From positions 1 through 42,366 of the forward strand of contig FLMG01000818.1 of NCBI GenBank assembly GCA_900088475.1: 42,366 nt of DNA. Direction: 5' to 3'. Each line of letters begins with the position of its first letter. Position 1 is the first letter of the stretch. This document shows, piece by piece, positions 1 to 11,672 of this stretch. The notes under the pieces are model-generated. The model ran no database searches. It saw only the letters and a program-made list of their open reading frames with translations, and was not told where the DNA came from. The DNA is from Hyphochytrium catenoides. Taxonomy: Eukaryota; Protista; Hyphochytriomycota. A program made the position numbers and the translations under genes.

Positions 1-10
1 CCTGCAGGCC

Positions 11-51
<41 letters not shown>

Positions 52-572
52 AAGAAGAGAGAGAGAGAGAGTGAAAGATGATCAGATAATTTCCCCCGAC
101 GACAAGAAGGAGGAAATTGAGAGAAAAAGGGATATATAGAGAGAAAAAGGAAGAGAGAGAAAGAAGAGAGACAACAAGAGAGAAAGAGATTATAGTAGGA
201 GCCCGAAAGGAAGAGGAAGGAAGCAGAGGGAAAGGGCGCAAAGGAGTAACAAGAAAAGGCACAAGAGAGAGAGAGACAGAGAGAGAGAGAGACAGCTGCC
301 AAGGAGCAAGAGCAGCGACGGTCGAGCGAGCGAGAGAGAAAGAGGCACTCACCGCGACTGCTTTCTTGGTCTTCTCGAACTCCTCAGGCGTCACAAGGCC
401 TTGAACCGTCTTGAGATAGAGAGGCGCTGTCTCCTCCAAGGGAGGGATAGGCAGACGAGGGAGAGACTTCTGGTGCCTAGTGGAAGGGAACAAGGAAAGA
501 GAGAGACGGACAATGTGAGAGAGAGATCCATCCAGATCCAGATCCAGATCCAAGGAGAGAGAGAGAGAGAGG

Positions 573-618
<46 letters not shown>

Positions 619-824
619 GTCAATCCGGGAGATAAAAATCAACAAAGAGAGGGAGAGAGAGAGAGTGAAGTTGTCAATCCGGGAGATAAAAATCAACAAA
701 GAGAGGGAGAGAGAGAGAGAGCTGCTGACTTATAAAGAGGCAGAGAAGGGTCCTCCATGTCCATCTCTGCGCGATAGTCCCCAAAGGACTCGCGGAACTT
801 CTGGCCCTTCCAGACTTTCGACAT
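1..824 (-). CDS. Choline/carnitine O-acyltransferase family protein, 5' part (runs off the window start); coding exons 824-730, 476-353, next exon begins at position 1
   Basis: Splicing at GT..AG boundaries gives MSKVWKGQKFRESFGDYRAEMDMEDPSLPLYK-HQKSLPRLPIPPLEETAPLYLKTVQGLVTPEEFEKTKKAVA. LPRLPIPPLEET..YL...TPEEF is the N-terminal signature of carnitine acyltransferases. A CT tract plus CAG acceptor lies at 4-2. A probable 5'-UTR intron spans 1011-837 (AG|GTAAAG ... CTAG). Confidence 0.88.
618..719. repeat. ~48-nt direct duplication (period 54) inside an acyltransferase intron; short ATCCAG tandem nearby at ~527-551
   Basis: tgtcaatccgggagataaaaatcaacaaagagagggagagagagagag occurs at 618-665 and 672-719. 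Confidence 0.9.
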
Positions 825-1127
825 TTTCCTCAAAACCTAGGCAGTCTTTCCCTGTCGTGTCTCTCCTGCGAGAGAGAATATGAGCAAAGTGACAGTGGTC
901 CGACGGATAAACGACGACAATAGACCCTGAGCGATAGCGATGGAGAGCGAGAGAGGGGACAGAGCGATAGAGAGAGAGAGAGACAAGAAAGACATCCGCT
1001 GAGTACTTTACCTTAGTGGTCTCGCTTGTGAAGCTAATCAAATGAAGATTTTTATTGAAGCTCCAGCTCCACCTGCTGCGGCCTGTCCGTTGTCGATCCT
1101 GTTTCTCTCCTCTTGCTCGATGCTCCC

Positions 1128-1176
<49 letters not shown>

Positions 1177-1476
1177 TCTTTCTCTCTCTCTCTCTCTCTG
1201 TTTCTCTCTGTCTCCCTCTCTCTCTGTCTGTCTCTCTCTCTGTCTGTCTCTGTTTCTGTCTCTGTCTCTCTGTCTCTCTCTCTGTTGTTGTCTAAAATAT
1301 CTCCTTCCTGAGTTCCCTCTATCTCTCCCCTCACTTTTCCTTCTTTCTCTGTCTCTCTGTCTTTAAGTCTCTTCTCTCTTCTTTCTCTCTCTCTCTCTTG
1401 CTCTGTCTCTCTCACATCAACTATCGGCTATTTCTTGCAGATCTCCTCCAGGGCCCACTTATCCCCTTCTAGTCCG

Positions 1477-1585
1477 CCAATTTACGATTTTATAGTACTC
1501 TTTATTAAGCCAATCACAAGCCATCAAACTTGCCTGTTCTCTGTGATTGGACAGATACACTCTTAGCTCCACACTGATAGCCAAT
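1477..1585. promoter_or_regulatory. Array of four CCAAT boxes upstream of the acyltransferase gene
   Basis: CCAAT at 1477, 1510 and 1581 and ATTGG at 1546, spaced 33/36/35 nt, in a non-repetitive AT-richer island 5' of the gene. Confidence 0.5.
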
Positions 1586-2695
1586 AAAATCACTGCTTCA
1601 AATCGGATTTCCGTTGTTGAAGCTCGAACTGAACGATTTGAAATTTAGATATTTAGAAATATTTGCGCATTGCGTTTGTTTGAAGACTCGAAGTCTCAAT
1701 CTTCGGATTGAAAAGAGAAAGCAGAGCCCGAGCTCTGTCTGCAGTTGCGTTCTTTCCTCGTGGCGATCTGCAGAGAAATGAAGCTCTGCTATGGGGAGAC
1801 AAGAACCTCCGATGATGGGCCACTGCCGCAGAGGTTGGGACTCTTGCAAACGACAAAGCTCCTCTAGATGTCAAAAGACTGTTACCGAGAAACTGTTTGT
1901 GGAGAAATAGTGAAGGCTGTGCTTCCAGAAGGGCAGGACCATCCTTGCGTATACTCCTCTTTGAGTGGCTCTGACAGGGAAGTGGGGTGGGCATACATAA
2001 GGTTGTTGATCCATCTCTGAATAGGGTTAGCTAGGTCTCTTCTATGCTACTTTGCCGTCTCTCCCTCCGAGAGCCCCTCCCGTCCACATCCTAGACTCAT
2101 ATGATGGTATCACGATCAACCCTAGGTGCGTGTTGATGGGAGAGTAGTTAGGGAAAGGAAGCAGCGACATAGACGAGGGGGAGAGACGCGGGCGAGCCAT
2201 AACCTCTAAAATATGCTCTGCATAGGCTGATTCAGAACCCTTGCCAAATAGTTCTATCTCCCATTGAAAAGGCAGAAACTGAGTTCTTGTCATTTTTAAT
2301 GTTCCTCTCTTTGAAAGTGTTTCCCTTTCGGTACAAGGACGGTGAAGTGTGGCATTTGTTTTAAGTCAGAGGATAGGGATTATGACGGAGAGACAGGGGA
2401 AGAGCGGCCCAACTCAATACTGCTCAAGACCGACACGAACGCCTGTTGCTCTCTGTCTCTTGTTCACCCTGTGGGCCTTTCTCTCTTCGGAGTCTCTAGC
2501 AGTTGAGGAGCGCCATTAAGACATCTTTACACTGTCTCTCTCTTTCTCCCTGTCTCTCTCTTTGTCGGTCTCTCTCTCTAGTCCAGCTGCCGGTTACTAT
2601 GGAGTCCTTCTCAATGCATTGCACCTCGACTTTCTCTGCGGTCTGACTTTGGCGTCCCTTCTCTCTGCATGTCTAGTTGAATAAAGGTGCGGCAT

Positions 2696-4919
2696 CTAGT
2701 AACCTGCGTCCGAGGAGATTAAGCCGAGATAATCTTCCTTGATGGTCCCAATCGCACTCTGTGGTGGAGAGAGAGTCAGAGAGAGATTGAGCGCGGCACA
2801 AGAGAGGAGATACACCTATAGCGCCATATGGCAAAAAGTGACAGAGAGAGAGAGAGAGAGAGAGAAGGTCTAGAGATAACGCTAGGACTAAGGATTGCTG
2901 ATCCATTCTTAACGCAATGGTAGAGTCCACAGCACAAGAAAGAGGTTCAGTGGCGAGAACGAAAAGGGAAAAGAAGGCTACGAGCCAAAGAGAGAGAACA
3001 TAGCCAGTACCGCACTTCAAGGAAAGAGCTGAGGTGGAAACGAATGAGAGCACCCAGTTTAAGGGTGGGGACAGAAGTGGAGAAGCACAGGGTTAGAAGA
3101 GGCGAGAGCGTAGAATTGATAAAGAGGAGAGCAAAGAGTGAGAGACGCCAGGTAAAAAAAGGATTTTCATTCGAGGGACTGACAATTTCTGTAGCATCTA
3201 TGCTGATGCCCATGATCTTTAGTCTAACCGCTGAGCCTTTCTTGATCTCCACCTGCTTGTCGTCGGAGATCCAACTGTCGCTCCGAGAGTCATAGCCTTC
3301 CTGAAGATCAGGACCCATACCCTGGCCAGAGCGAAAGAGGGAGCCATCAGATGGACAGAGAGAGAGCGAAAAGGGCAAAACGAGAGCGATAGAGAGAGGG
3401 ACGAGAGAGCGAAGGGCGTATTAGCAAGCAACATATCGCCTGGGGGAGAGAAGCGAGCGAGCGAGAGACACACAAGAAGAGAAGGCGGTGATGACTTACA
3501 TGGCGGGATACAAAGACCTGGAGGCAGCCAACTTCCACGAAAAAACCAAGCTGCGTAGTAGAGTGAGAGAGAGAGGAGTCAACGGTCCCAGAAGAAGAGG
3601 ATGGGAGCGGACCTAAAAGAGAGGACCTTCTAAACAGAAGAAAAGTACAAGAAAGAGAGGGACAAAGAAAGAGAGAGGCAGTTTTTGAGACTAAGGAATG
3701 CAACGGGTGTGAACTAGAGGAATAAATGGAAAGCCGGTATACACGCTAGAGAGCTTGATGAAAACGAGAGAAAGAAAAAGAGAGGGAAAGAGGAGAGAGA
3801 GAGAGAGAAAGAGAGAGAGAGAAAGAGTTCACTAGAGAGCAAGAGGGCTCAATAGACAGAAAGCTAAGTGCCTGTGTAACCGCTGTGACGACCCCGTCCA
3901 GGACTTCATTCTTGAAGGGCCTGAAGAGGATGGCTTGGTAGCGAACATTGAAGCAGACGAACCCTGTGGTGTCTTCAATCAGACCCTTCCCAATGTCCTC
4001 ATCACGAACCTGCACGGGCGGGAGTGAGAGGGAAAGAGGTCAGAGAAAGGAAGGAATTTGTCAGAAGAGGGGACGAAGGCCCCCCGGAAAGAGAGACACA
4101 AAGAGAGAGAGAGGGAGAGAAAGGGCTGAGCCCCAAGCCAACGAGTAGAATTAACAGAGACGGAAGGAGAAGGGATACCACACAGAGACATGTCGGAGAT
4201 AGAAGCACTCAAGGACAGGGAAGGATAACCATCGGGACAGAGAGAGAGAGAAGAGGCAGAGAGGGAGCGAGCGAGGAGAGAGAGAAAGAGAGAGTGTGTG
4301 CATTACCCTGGTCACTGTGACGACGTATCCGTGCTTCCCTAGCGACGTGCCGGCAACCTCCTCAATCAGTCGAAGGCGAATGATGTGATGGAGGTTCGGT
4401 CCGAAGTGCATCGGATGCAGCAGCAGCTGGTGTTGGAGCTCCTTCTGCAGCCACGAGAATGAGAGGAAGAGAGAGAGAAAGAGACAGAGGAAAAGAAGAG
4501 AATGAGCGAGATTTTGACAAATAACAGAGATAAAGAGACATAGGCAAGTAAAGACGGGCAGAAAAGGAGCCTGAAACGGTAGAGACAGAAAGGGAGTGAT
4601 CGAGAGTAAGGAAGGAAGCTGGACGAACGACAACAAGAGAGAGAAAAGAGAGATCGAGATAAAGGGGACAAGGTAGAGGGAGAGAGAAGCAGAGAGGGAG
4701 AGAAAGAAAGACAGTGGTAGAATCGAAGACGCCGGCTCGAAACTACATGTTTGGGAAAGGAGCAGTCGCTGGGCAAGAGTAAAGCTAGACGAACGAGAAA
4801 TCCATTATCGGTGGGAGAGACAGACAAACCGTCAGATAGACAGATAGATAGATAGAGGTAGACGGAGAGAGAGAGAGGGAAGGAGAGAGAGAGAGNNNNN
4901 NNNNNNNNNNNNNNNNNNN

Positions 4920-4955
<36 letters not shown>

Positions 4956-5095
4956 AACAGCTCCATGCCTAAGCAACATAAGGGGAGAACGTTACAGGAA
5001 GAAGAGAAAGAGAGAACTGTTCGACCAGGGTGAGATACGCACAGAAGATGGACAGGGCAGAGCATCGAACCCGGTCTGTTTACCAAGAAGAACAT
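2696..5095 (-). CDS. RPB7: DNA-directed RNA polymerase II subunit RPB7, 179 aa; exons 5095-5084, 4444-4307, 4009-3872, 3550-3500, 3321-3184, 2758-2696
   Basis: Spliced product: MFFL|KELQHQLLLHPMHFGPNLHHIIRLRLIEEVAGTSLGKHGYVVTVTR|VRDEDIGKGLIEDTTGFVCFNVRYQAILFRPFKNEVLDGVVTAVTQ|LGFFVEVGCLQVFVSRH|GMGPDLQEGYDSRSDSWISDDKQVEIKKGSAVRLKIMGISIDATEI|SAIGTIKEDYLGLISSDAGY*. It carries the RPB7 hallmarks LHP.HFGP, FRPFKNEV and AIGTIKEDYLG. All acceptors are CAG; four donors are GT and one is GC. Confidence 0.96.
4896..4919. other. Assembly gap (24 N) inside a (GA)n tract in RPB7 intron 1
   Basis: Run of N flanked by GA repeats. Confidence 0.99.
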
Positions 5096-7949
5096 CTTAT
5101 CGCGTTTGAGTTAGTCACGCGGTTTTCCTGTGGAGCCTCCCTTCTGATGCTAGCACACCGTCACTGAGTGCGAGAACCTCGCAAGATACGAGCTTACTCT
5201 CTCCTATAAGCTATTGCACTGGATCTATGAAGAAGAAATGAATCTGCAAGAGAACAATGCGTTCCGGTATCACCGTGCAACAGGGATGTAGCTCCACCGT
5301 CGCTGCCGGGACTACAAGGCACAAGAAGTTCTCTCTCGCACTTCTGTTACTCTAACAGAGTTAACCCACTTGCTCACCCGTTGACACACATAGAGCCCAC
5401 TCTCTTGGACTGAGGCAGAGCCCCGCTTACCCCTTGTAGCGGCAACGAACAGGTTGAGCTTTTGTCAGCTGATGAGCTTTATCATTGCGAGTCTCTCCGA
5501 AGCTTGGAGCTTTGACTTGCCAGTAAATCTGCGGATCTGGCGTCCCGGAGCTTGGTAAGGCTCATACTTTCTAAACTTTCAAGAAAATAAAAGATTGCAA
5601 GAATGAATTATAGATGGGTTACTTTATTGATGGAAAGATTGAATTCTACAATGTTGAAACCTTCGAACCTAGGCGTTAGCGTTACGCTCTGCCGTGAGAT
5701 TTGAGTTGGAGCTTTTTGCAGTCTCTGTTCATCTTCGTCAGCGCATTGATCTTCAAAATTCTCCGCCAGAGGCACCAGGACACGGCGACAACATTTCCTC
5801 TACTCCGACATGTTCCCTAACAGGGGATCCACCGTCTCCAGCTTTCAGAAAGCAGTTGCGCAAAGGAGCAACGAGCATACGCCCTCACTGACCAGCAGTG
5901 TTTGCCCATGTTGTAGACATGCTCTCAAGGCAACCCTGAAGACCTATTTTATCCTCTTTTCTTTCGCTGTTCCTTCCTATTACTGAAGAGTCTCTCTACT
6001 TCATTGTGAGCCCATGATGCATGTTCCGGTTACCCACCATATTGCCTTATATCTTGGAGGACTAATAAATATAGTGTCTCAAGTAGTAGTCCTCTGAGCT
6101 TCTACTTCTTCTTGCAGTGGGTCAAGGGGCTGACATCCTACTGTTGCATACTATCCCTTGAACAAAGCTGATACCTTCGTTGATATCAGTACCGCCGGGA
6201 CCTTAGTAGTTGCTCCTCCACTCTTCTGTTTTTTTGCAGGGCGTCGATTTGGTGGCAACGTCGTTAGCTCTCTTACGTAAATAGAGACAGGACGACGCGA
6301 GTGATCATCTTTCGTTACTAATACATCTTGTGACCGCTTTATGAAGCCACTAATCTCTATCTGTTATGTCCTAGTAACTGGAGAGTTATCCTCTCCTGCT
6401 CTGTCCACCAGTTCTTTGCTGGCAAGCGTATAATGCGCTTTTGCACATGACTGAACCTGTTACCCATGGAGGCAGCAGGGACTGTTGTTCACAACAGCCG
6501 TTATGCGCCTCCTATGCAGGCGGAGGCAAAGCGTCAAAACAGGGAAGAAGTCACCATCATAACCGCAAAGACAGCTCACGTTGGCGATGGTGATGGCGCT
6601 GGCTGAAAGGGACAAAGTGTATGCCATCCGTCCCGCTCTAAAGTATCTCGTCAAAATCTACCTTTACTTTCATACTAAACTACATCCCATGCCCTTGACT
6701 AGGTATCTCGATGAGCAGAAAACAGTTTAATCTGCGAAGATTTCTGATAGCTGAACCGTCGTCCGAGGTACTGTTCCCTGCAGCGGCGAGAGCAGGTGTG
6801 AATCCACTGTAGACGAAGTACAACTTTAACCATACAGCCCTAAAGAGAGAGAGAGAGAGAGACCTCTTGAGAAAGCTGAGGCAGCCCTACTCCCAGTCCC
6901 ATCCTTGTCCTCTGGTCTCCACTGAGCACAGTGGCCTTCTCTGACGTGGTCCACCTCTGGAACGGGCTTTCCTACGACTTCCCGCAAATTTTGATCGACC
7001 ATCGACGAGACATGTCAGGGTTTCGAGGCGAGTGGAAATACCTGATGGGAAGGGCACTCACGTGTACAAAAAAAGGAATGGGAGCATGCTGGAAATGGAA
7101 AGGAGAGGGAGAAGGTCTGCTCTTCTCACTCATTGGGCGGGGCACGACTTTCCTACGAGTACTCTTTGTTCGCTATCAGTCCTTTTTTTGCTTGAGCTGC
7201 GTACTGCATTACTTACACGGCCCAGCATTGGGACCTTCTCGACCTCGAAGTATCTTCGACGAGCTCTGTGCTGAACTTGACCTGGAAAGCAGCATAAAAG
7301 TGCTGCGCTTATGTTGCTAGCTAGATTCGCCCCTTTCTATTGCCTCATCACTCTGTAGAGTCCTATTTCCTACTTTCCACGACGCCTCTTAGGATTGTGT
7401 ACTACTGGCTCTCCCCACCTCATTGGCATCGGCACAGGTCGGGCCCCTACCTACCTTCATTATCCTATCGATCCATAAGGATGTTTTGTCCATCGCAAGG
7501 CCACCATGTGCATCTGCTCAGAAGAAGGGACCTATATATATATATATTATAGAATCTTCCCCTCCTGCTCCTGCAACCAGCTCGCTCTCATCAATGATGT
7601 TTTGGGGGCAATATTAGTTATTGGTGCAGACTAGTTCCTCCTAGGAATCAGTCCTGGTTATCTCCTTGATATTTTATCATAAGATCCTTGTAGCTGACTG
7701 TGCCCGTCGCTGCTGCTTCGTCTGTCTGCATCGCGCAAACCCTGGTGCTCTCTGCATCTCTGTCTCTGTGTGGCCAAGAAGTACTCTTTGGCGATGGGAA
7801 AGATACGCTTTCGGTCATCAGTTTGGATTTCTATGGCTTGGTCCTTGATCCGGATTGATGTATTACTACTTCCCCGTATAGCGCCAATGTAAAGCGAAGT
7901 TTCCGTCTTATTACTAGAATGGTCAAAATGAATTAGATCTTGAGTTTCT

Positions 7950-7988
7950 ATTGGCTGACAAGGGCAAACTGCTTGGTGATTGGCTGAC
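7950..7988. promoter_or_regulatory. Paired inverted CCAAT boxes (ATTGGCTGAC x2)
   Basis: An identical 10-mer containing ATTGG occurs at 7950-7959 and 7979-7988 (29-nt spacing). No recognised gene is adjacent. Confidence 0.4.
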
Positions 7989-8456
7989 GGATCTCCAGCG
8001 GTGATCTTAGTCTTAGGCCTGTCTAAAAGCAGGAAGATGGAGAGAGAGAGAGATTCTGAAAGGCCTCTCTCTCTCTCAGTCTCTCTCTCTCTCTTTCACT
8101 GTCTCTCTCCCCCCCTCTCTCTCTCCTTTTTGCAGGCTTTATCTATTCGTTTGCTCCACCCTCTTCTTTCACCTTCCTTTCTCATCTGTCTCTCCCTCTC
8201 CTCTTCTGATTCCACGGGTCGCCGCTCTTCAACATTCTCTGGGCCAAAAAATCCTTTCTTTGTGCGTGGCCAGCAACCTTTCTTCACAGAGAAAAAACGT
8301 CACTGAAGAGAGTTTTCCTAGAGGAGAGAGCAAGAGGTTCTTGAAGGTGCGGACTACCCTGCTGGGCGGTCAGTCTGGCGCAAGAAGAAGAAGATTCTTC
8401 CCATCCTCCCACGACTATCCAGTAAATAGAAGACGGATGCAAGCCAAGAGGTGAGT

Positions 8457-8495
<39 letters not shown>

Positions 8496-9452
8496 CGAAG
8501 ACCCAAGAGTATGGCCGATGATGGTGCCCCTTGAGGATGGCCTCTCGCTTGCAGTGTCGTAGCTCTCTCTGTCGCCAGCACTTTCGTTCTCCTGCACTCT
8601 CCTTAGTTTGCTTCCTACCCATCACGTCTCATAGACCACTCCTCACGATTATAGTGTAACCATCGCCTTCTTTTTCCTCTCTCTCTCTCTCCTGCTCTGT
8701 GTCTCACTCTCTCTCTCTCTCTCTTTTCCTTTTCTCTCTCTCCCTGTCTGGTCATAGAGCTAAATTTAAGCCCCGCCTCTTTTTCTCCCTCTGCTCTCCG
8801 CTACCAAGGCAAAAAGTTCAACCCGATGTCCCTTTCTCTCTCCATTCCCTCCTGGACTCTGTCTGTTTCGATGATTGCCCCACCGCTTACTTTCCTTTTC
8901 CGCTTCCCTCTATGTCGCAGAAGATTCCTCTGTCCTAGAAGGTCTTCGTTCGTCACGTCGCGCTCAATGGCTTCCGCGTAGCCCCAAGCCTTTCTCAGAG
9001 AGAGAGAGAGAGAGGTGACGGTCAGCAGGGATGATAGCGATGGTCATATCTTCAAGCGCTGGTCTTGCTTCCTGCCTCCTTGTCACCCACCTCCCGCCAT
9101 CAACATCGCGTCAAACCTGCGCCATCTTCCCCCAAAGTCTGTCTTTCTTTCATATCCGTTTGTCCGAAGTGTGGCTCCATCTCTCTTCTCTCTCTCTCTG
9201 TCAGGGGCTTGTCAATAATTTGCCCTGGGAAGCTTCCCTGTCCGTCTCTGGCTCTTCTGTCTTCCGCGGTGGGAGAGACCGGACAGAACATAGCGAAGAA
9301 GAATTGAGAAACTTTGAAGTTCTTCCCTTCGGATGAAGCGACAGAGTAGCAGGTGACATGGCAGACTGAAGCCAAGCTCCAGCACGGAGCAAGAGAGCGG
9401 GGAAAGTATAAATGACAGAGAGCCTGAGAGAGAGACAGGTATGGATGATGAC

Positions 9453-9494
<42 letters not shown>

Positions 9495-9556
9495 AAGCGT
9501 GAATTCTATTCTAATAGAAGGCCTAAGGGGCGATCTTTTGCTATTTTTTGGCCTCC

Positions 9557-9572
9557 TCATTTCTCAAGTTCT
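9557..9572 (+). promoter_or_regulatory. Oomycete INR+FPR-like core promoter of GH5 gene 1
   Basis: TCATTTCTCAAGTTCT lies 118 nt upstream of the ATG. The same motif and distance recur before GH5 gene 2 and the M36 gene. Confidence 0.6.
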
Positions 9573-9674
9573 ACCTAGGAGCTCACACAGCAGCAGCACA
9601 ATAGTCACGGCAGTCTTAAAGTATCTTCCTGTCCTCAGAACCTCTCCTCTGTCTCCCTCTCTCTCCACGACAAG

Positions 9675-11468
9675 ATGCGGTTACCACGCTTCTTCTCCGC
9701 GTCTCTCCTTCCTACACTTCTTCTCCCCATTCTTTTCCCTTCTTCCTGTGTAGTCTCCTCTTCATTGCCCTACCTAAGGAAAGTCTCCTCTTCAGTGCCC
9801 TATCTAAGGAGAGACGAAGAGAGTAACTCTTCTGTTCCCTCTCCCTCTGACAATGAGTTTGTCAGTGTGTCTGGCAGGCACTTCTCTCTCTCCTCCGGTG
9901 CGCCTTTCCTGTTTGCAGGGACTAACAATTACTATGTCGCCTTTAGCCCTAAGAGAATGACCGATGATCTCTTTGACAAGGCAAGATCTATGGGGATCAC
10001 GGTAGTGAGAAGCTGGGCCTTCAGCGCCATTGGGAGCCCGAACACTGACTCTCCGCCGACTGTCAACCCTAAGGATAAAGCCGTATACTTCCAATACTGG
10101 GATAAGCAGAAGGGAGAGAGCGCTGTCAACGAAGGAGAGAATGGAATAAAAAGACTGGACTACGCGGTAAAGGCAGCAAAAGACAGAGGCATCCGTCTTA
10201 TCCTTGTGCTTACGAACAACTGGGCGGACTTTGGTGGGCTGGAGCAGTATAATCTATGGCTGAACCTCAAGCCGCGAGNNNNNNNNNNNNNNNNNNNNNN
10301 NNNNNNNNNNNNNNNNNNNNNNNNNNNNNNNNNNNNNNNNNNNNNNNNNNNNNNNNNNNNNNNNNNNNNNNNNNNNNNNNNNNNNNNNNNNNNNNNNNNN
10401 NNNNNNNNNNNNNNNNNNNNNNNNNNNNNNNNNNNNNNNNNNNNNNNNNNNNNNNNNNNNNNNNNNNNNNNNNNNNNNNNNNNNNNNNNNNNNNNNNNNN
10501 NNNNNNNNNNNNNNNNNNNNNNNNNNNNNNNNNNNNNNNNNNNNNNNNNNNNNNNNNAGGCAGCGAGAGACAGAGGCATCCGTCTTATCCTCGCGCTTAC
10601 GAACAACTGGGCGGACTTTGGTGGGCTGGAGCAGTATAATCTATGGCTGAACCTCAAGCCGCGAGAGGCATTCTACAAGGACGAGAGAGCGAAGCGAGAG
10701 TACAAGCGATGGCTCTCTTATCTTGTCAACCGGATCAATCCTCTGACGGGCGTAGCTTACAAGGATGAGCCTGCCATTATGGCTTGGGAACTAATCAACG
10801 AGCCACGCTGCAAGGGCTGTGGAGACTCTTCTGGCGGCTGCCCACAATGTCCTTCCTGCTCTGCCTCCTCCCCCAGCTGCTCTACGGACACCATCACGCG
10901 CTGGGTAGACGAGATGTCTACCTACCTTCGCTCTCTAGACAGCAACCACCTGATCGCCGTAGGAGACGAGGGCTTTCTCCGTACAAGCAGGCCAGAGTAC
11001 GGCTATGACGGGACAGAAGGAGACCACGAATCACTGGTCAAACTGGCTAACATTGACTTTGCGACGGTGCATTGTTACCCTGAACACTGGGGCAAGGACG
11101 CGCAATGGGGCCCGGTGTGGGTGAGAGAACACGCAGAGATTGCTAAGAGGTATGGCAAGCCATTCATTATAGAGGAGTTTAACTGGCACGCGGAACAGAA
11201 AGACAATCCGATGGGAAAGGAAGAGAAGAGAAACGCTTTTCTGGACTCGATGGTGCGGACGGTGGATGAGCAGAGAGGGTACTGGGCCTTCTGGATGCTT
11301 TCTGCGGGCAGAGCAGACAGAGATGAAGGCCCATTGCAGGGCTTGTACCCAGATTATGACGGCTTCACAATCTACTGGCAGGACCAGGGTGGACAGGTGA
11401 CGCCTTCGGGACAGAAGATGAGAGAGCGAGCGGAGGGAAGCAAGAAACTGCAGCAGGGATGGACGTGA
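9675..11468 (+). CDS. Secreted GH5 endo-1,4-beta-mannanase-like enzyme (subfamily GH5_7-like), copy 1; about 468 aa once the gap artefact is removed
   Basis: Hydrophobic signal peptide; motifs FLFAGTNNYY, VVRSWAF, LILxLTNNWADFGG, AWELINEPRC (acid/base Glu), VGDEGF, HCYPEHW, IIEEF (nucleophile Glu) and YPDYDGFTIY. No introns are needed. Confidence 0.92.
   Translation: MRLPRFFSASLLPTLLLPILFPSSCVVSSSLPYLRKVSSSVPYLRRDEESNSSVPSPSDNEFVSVSGRHFSLSSGAPFLFAGTNNYYVAFSPKRMTDDLFDKARSMGITVVRSWAFSAIGSPNTDSPPTVNPKDKAVYFQYWDKQKGESAVNEGENGIKRLDYAVKAAKDRGIRLILVLTNNWADFGGLEQYNLWLNLKPRXXXXXXXXXXXXXXXXXXXXXXXXXXXXXXXXXXXXXXXXXXXXXXXXXXXXXXXXXXXXXXXXXXXXXXXXXXXXXXXXXXXXXXXXXXXXXXAARDRGIRLILALTNNWADFGGLEQYNLWLNLKPREAFYKDERAKREYKRWLSYLVNRINPLTGVAYKDEPAIMAWELINEPRCKGCGDSSGGCPQCPSCSASSPSCSTDTITRWVDEMSTYLRSLDSNHLIAVGDEGFLRTSRPEYGYDGTEGDHESLVKLANIDFATVHCYPEHWGKDAQWGPVWVREHAEIAKRYGKPFIIEEFNWHAEQKDNPMGKEEKRNAFLDSMVRTVDEQRGYWAFWMLSAGRADRDEGPLQGLYPDYDGFTIYWQDQGGQVTPSGQKMRERAEGSKKLQQGWT
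9752..9810 (+). repeat. 30-nt tandem duplication encoding VSSSLPYLRK / VSSSVPYLRR after the signal peptide
   Basis: agtctcctcttcattgccctacctaagga versus agtctcctcttcagtgccctatctaagga. Confidence 0.9.
10279..10557. other. Assembly gap (279 N) flanked by a 108-nt overlap
   Basis: 10171-10278 and 10558-10665 are the same sequence with 4 substitutions. Confidence 0.97.
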
Positions 11469-11632
11469 GAGGAAGAAGAGTAAGACGATAGAACGGAGGA
11501 AGAAGAAGGTATAATAAACGGCTAATCAGCGACAGTTGTGTTGTCAGCTAGCGGAGAGTCCGGAAGCTTATTAGGACGACCAATGGGAAGGCTAGGACAA
11601 GAGAGAGAGAGAGCGATAGCGATGAGAATGAG

Positions 11633-11672
<40 letters not shown>

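Noticed and set aside
1598-2293. Short minus-strand ORFs between RPB7 and the acyltransferase
   Set aside because: No motifs or convincing splice structure.
5650-5720. tRNA-like pieces on the minus strand (CTCACGGCAGAGCG ... GGTTCGAA)
   Set aside because: Spacing is too short, and no acceptor or anticodon stems can be formed.
9675-11468. 597-aa GH5 with an internal duplicated domain
   Set aside because: The duplication flanks an N gap and is best explained as an assembly overlap.
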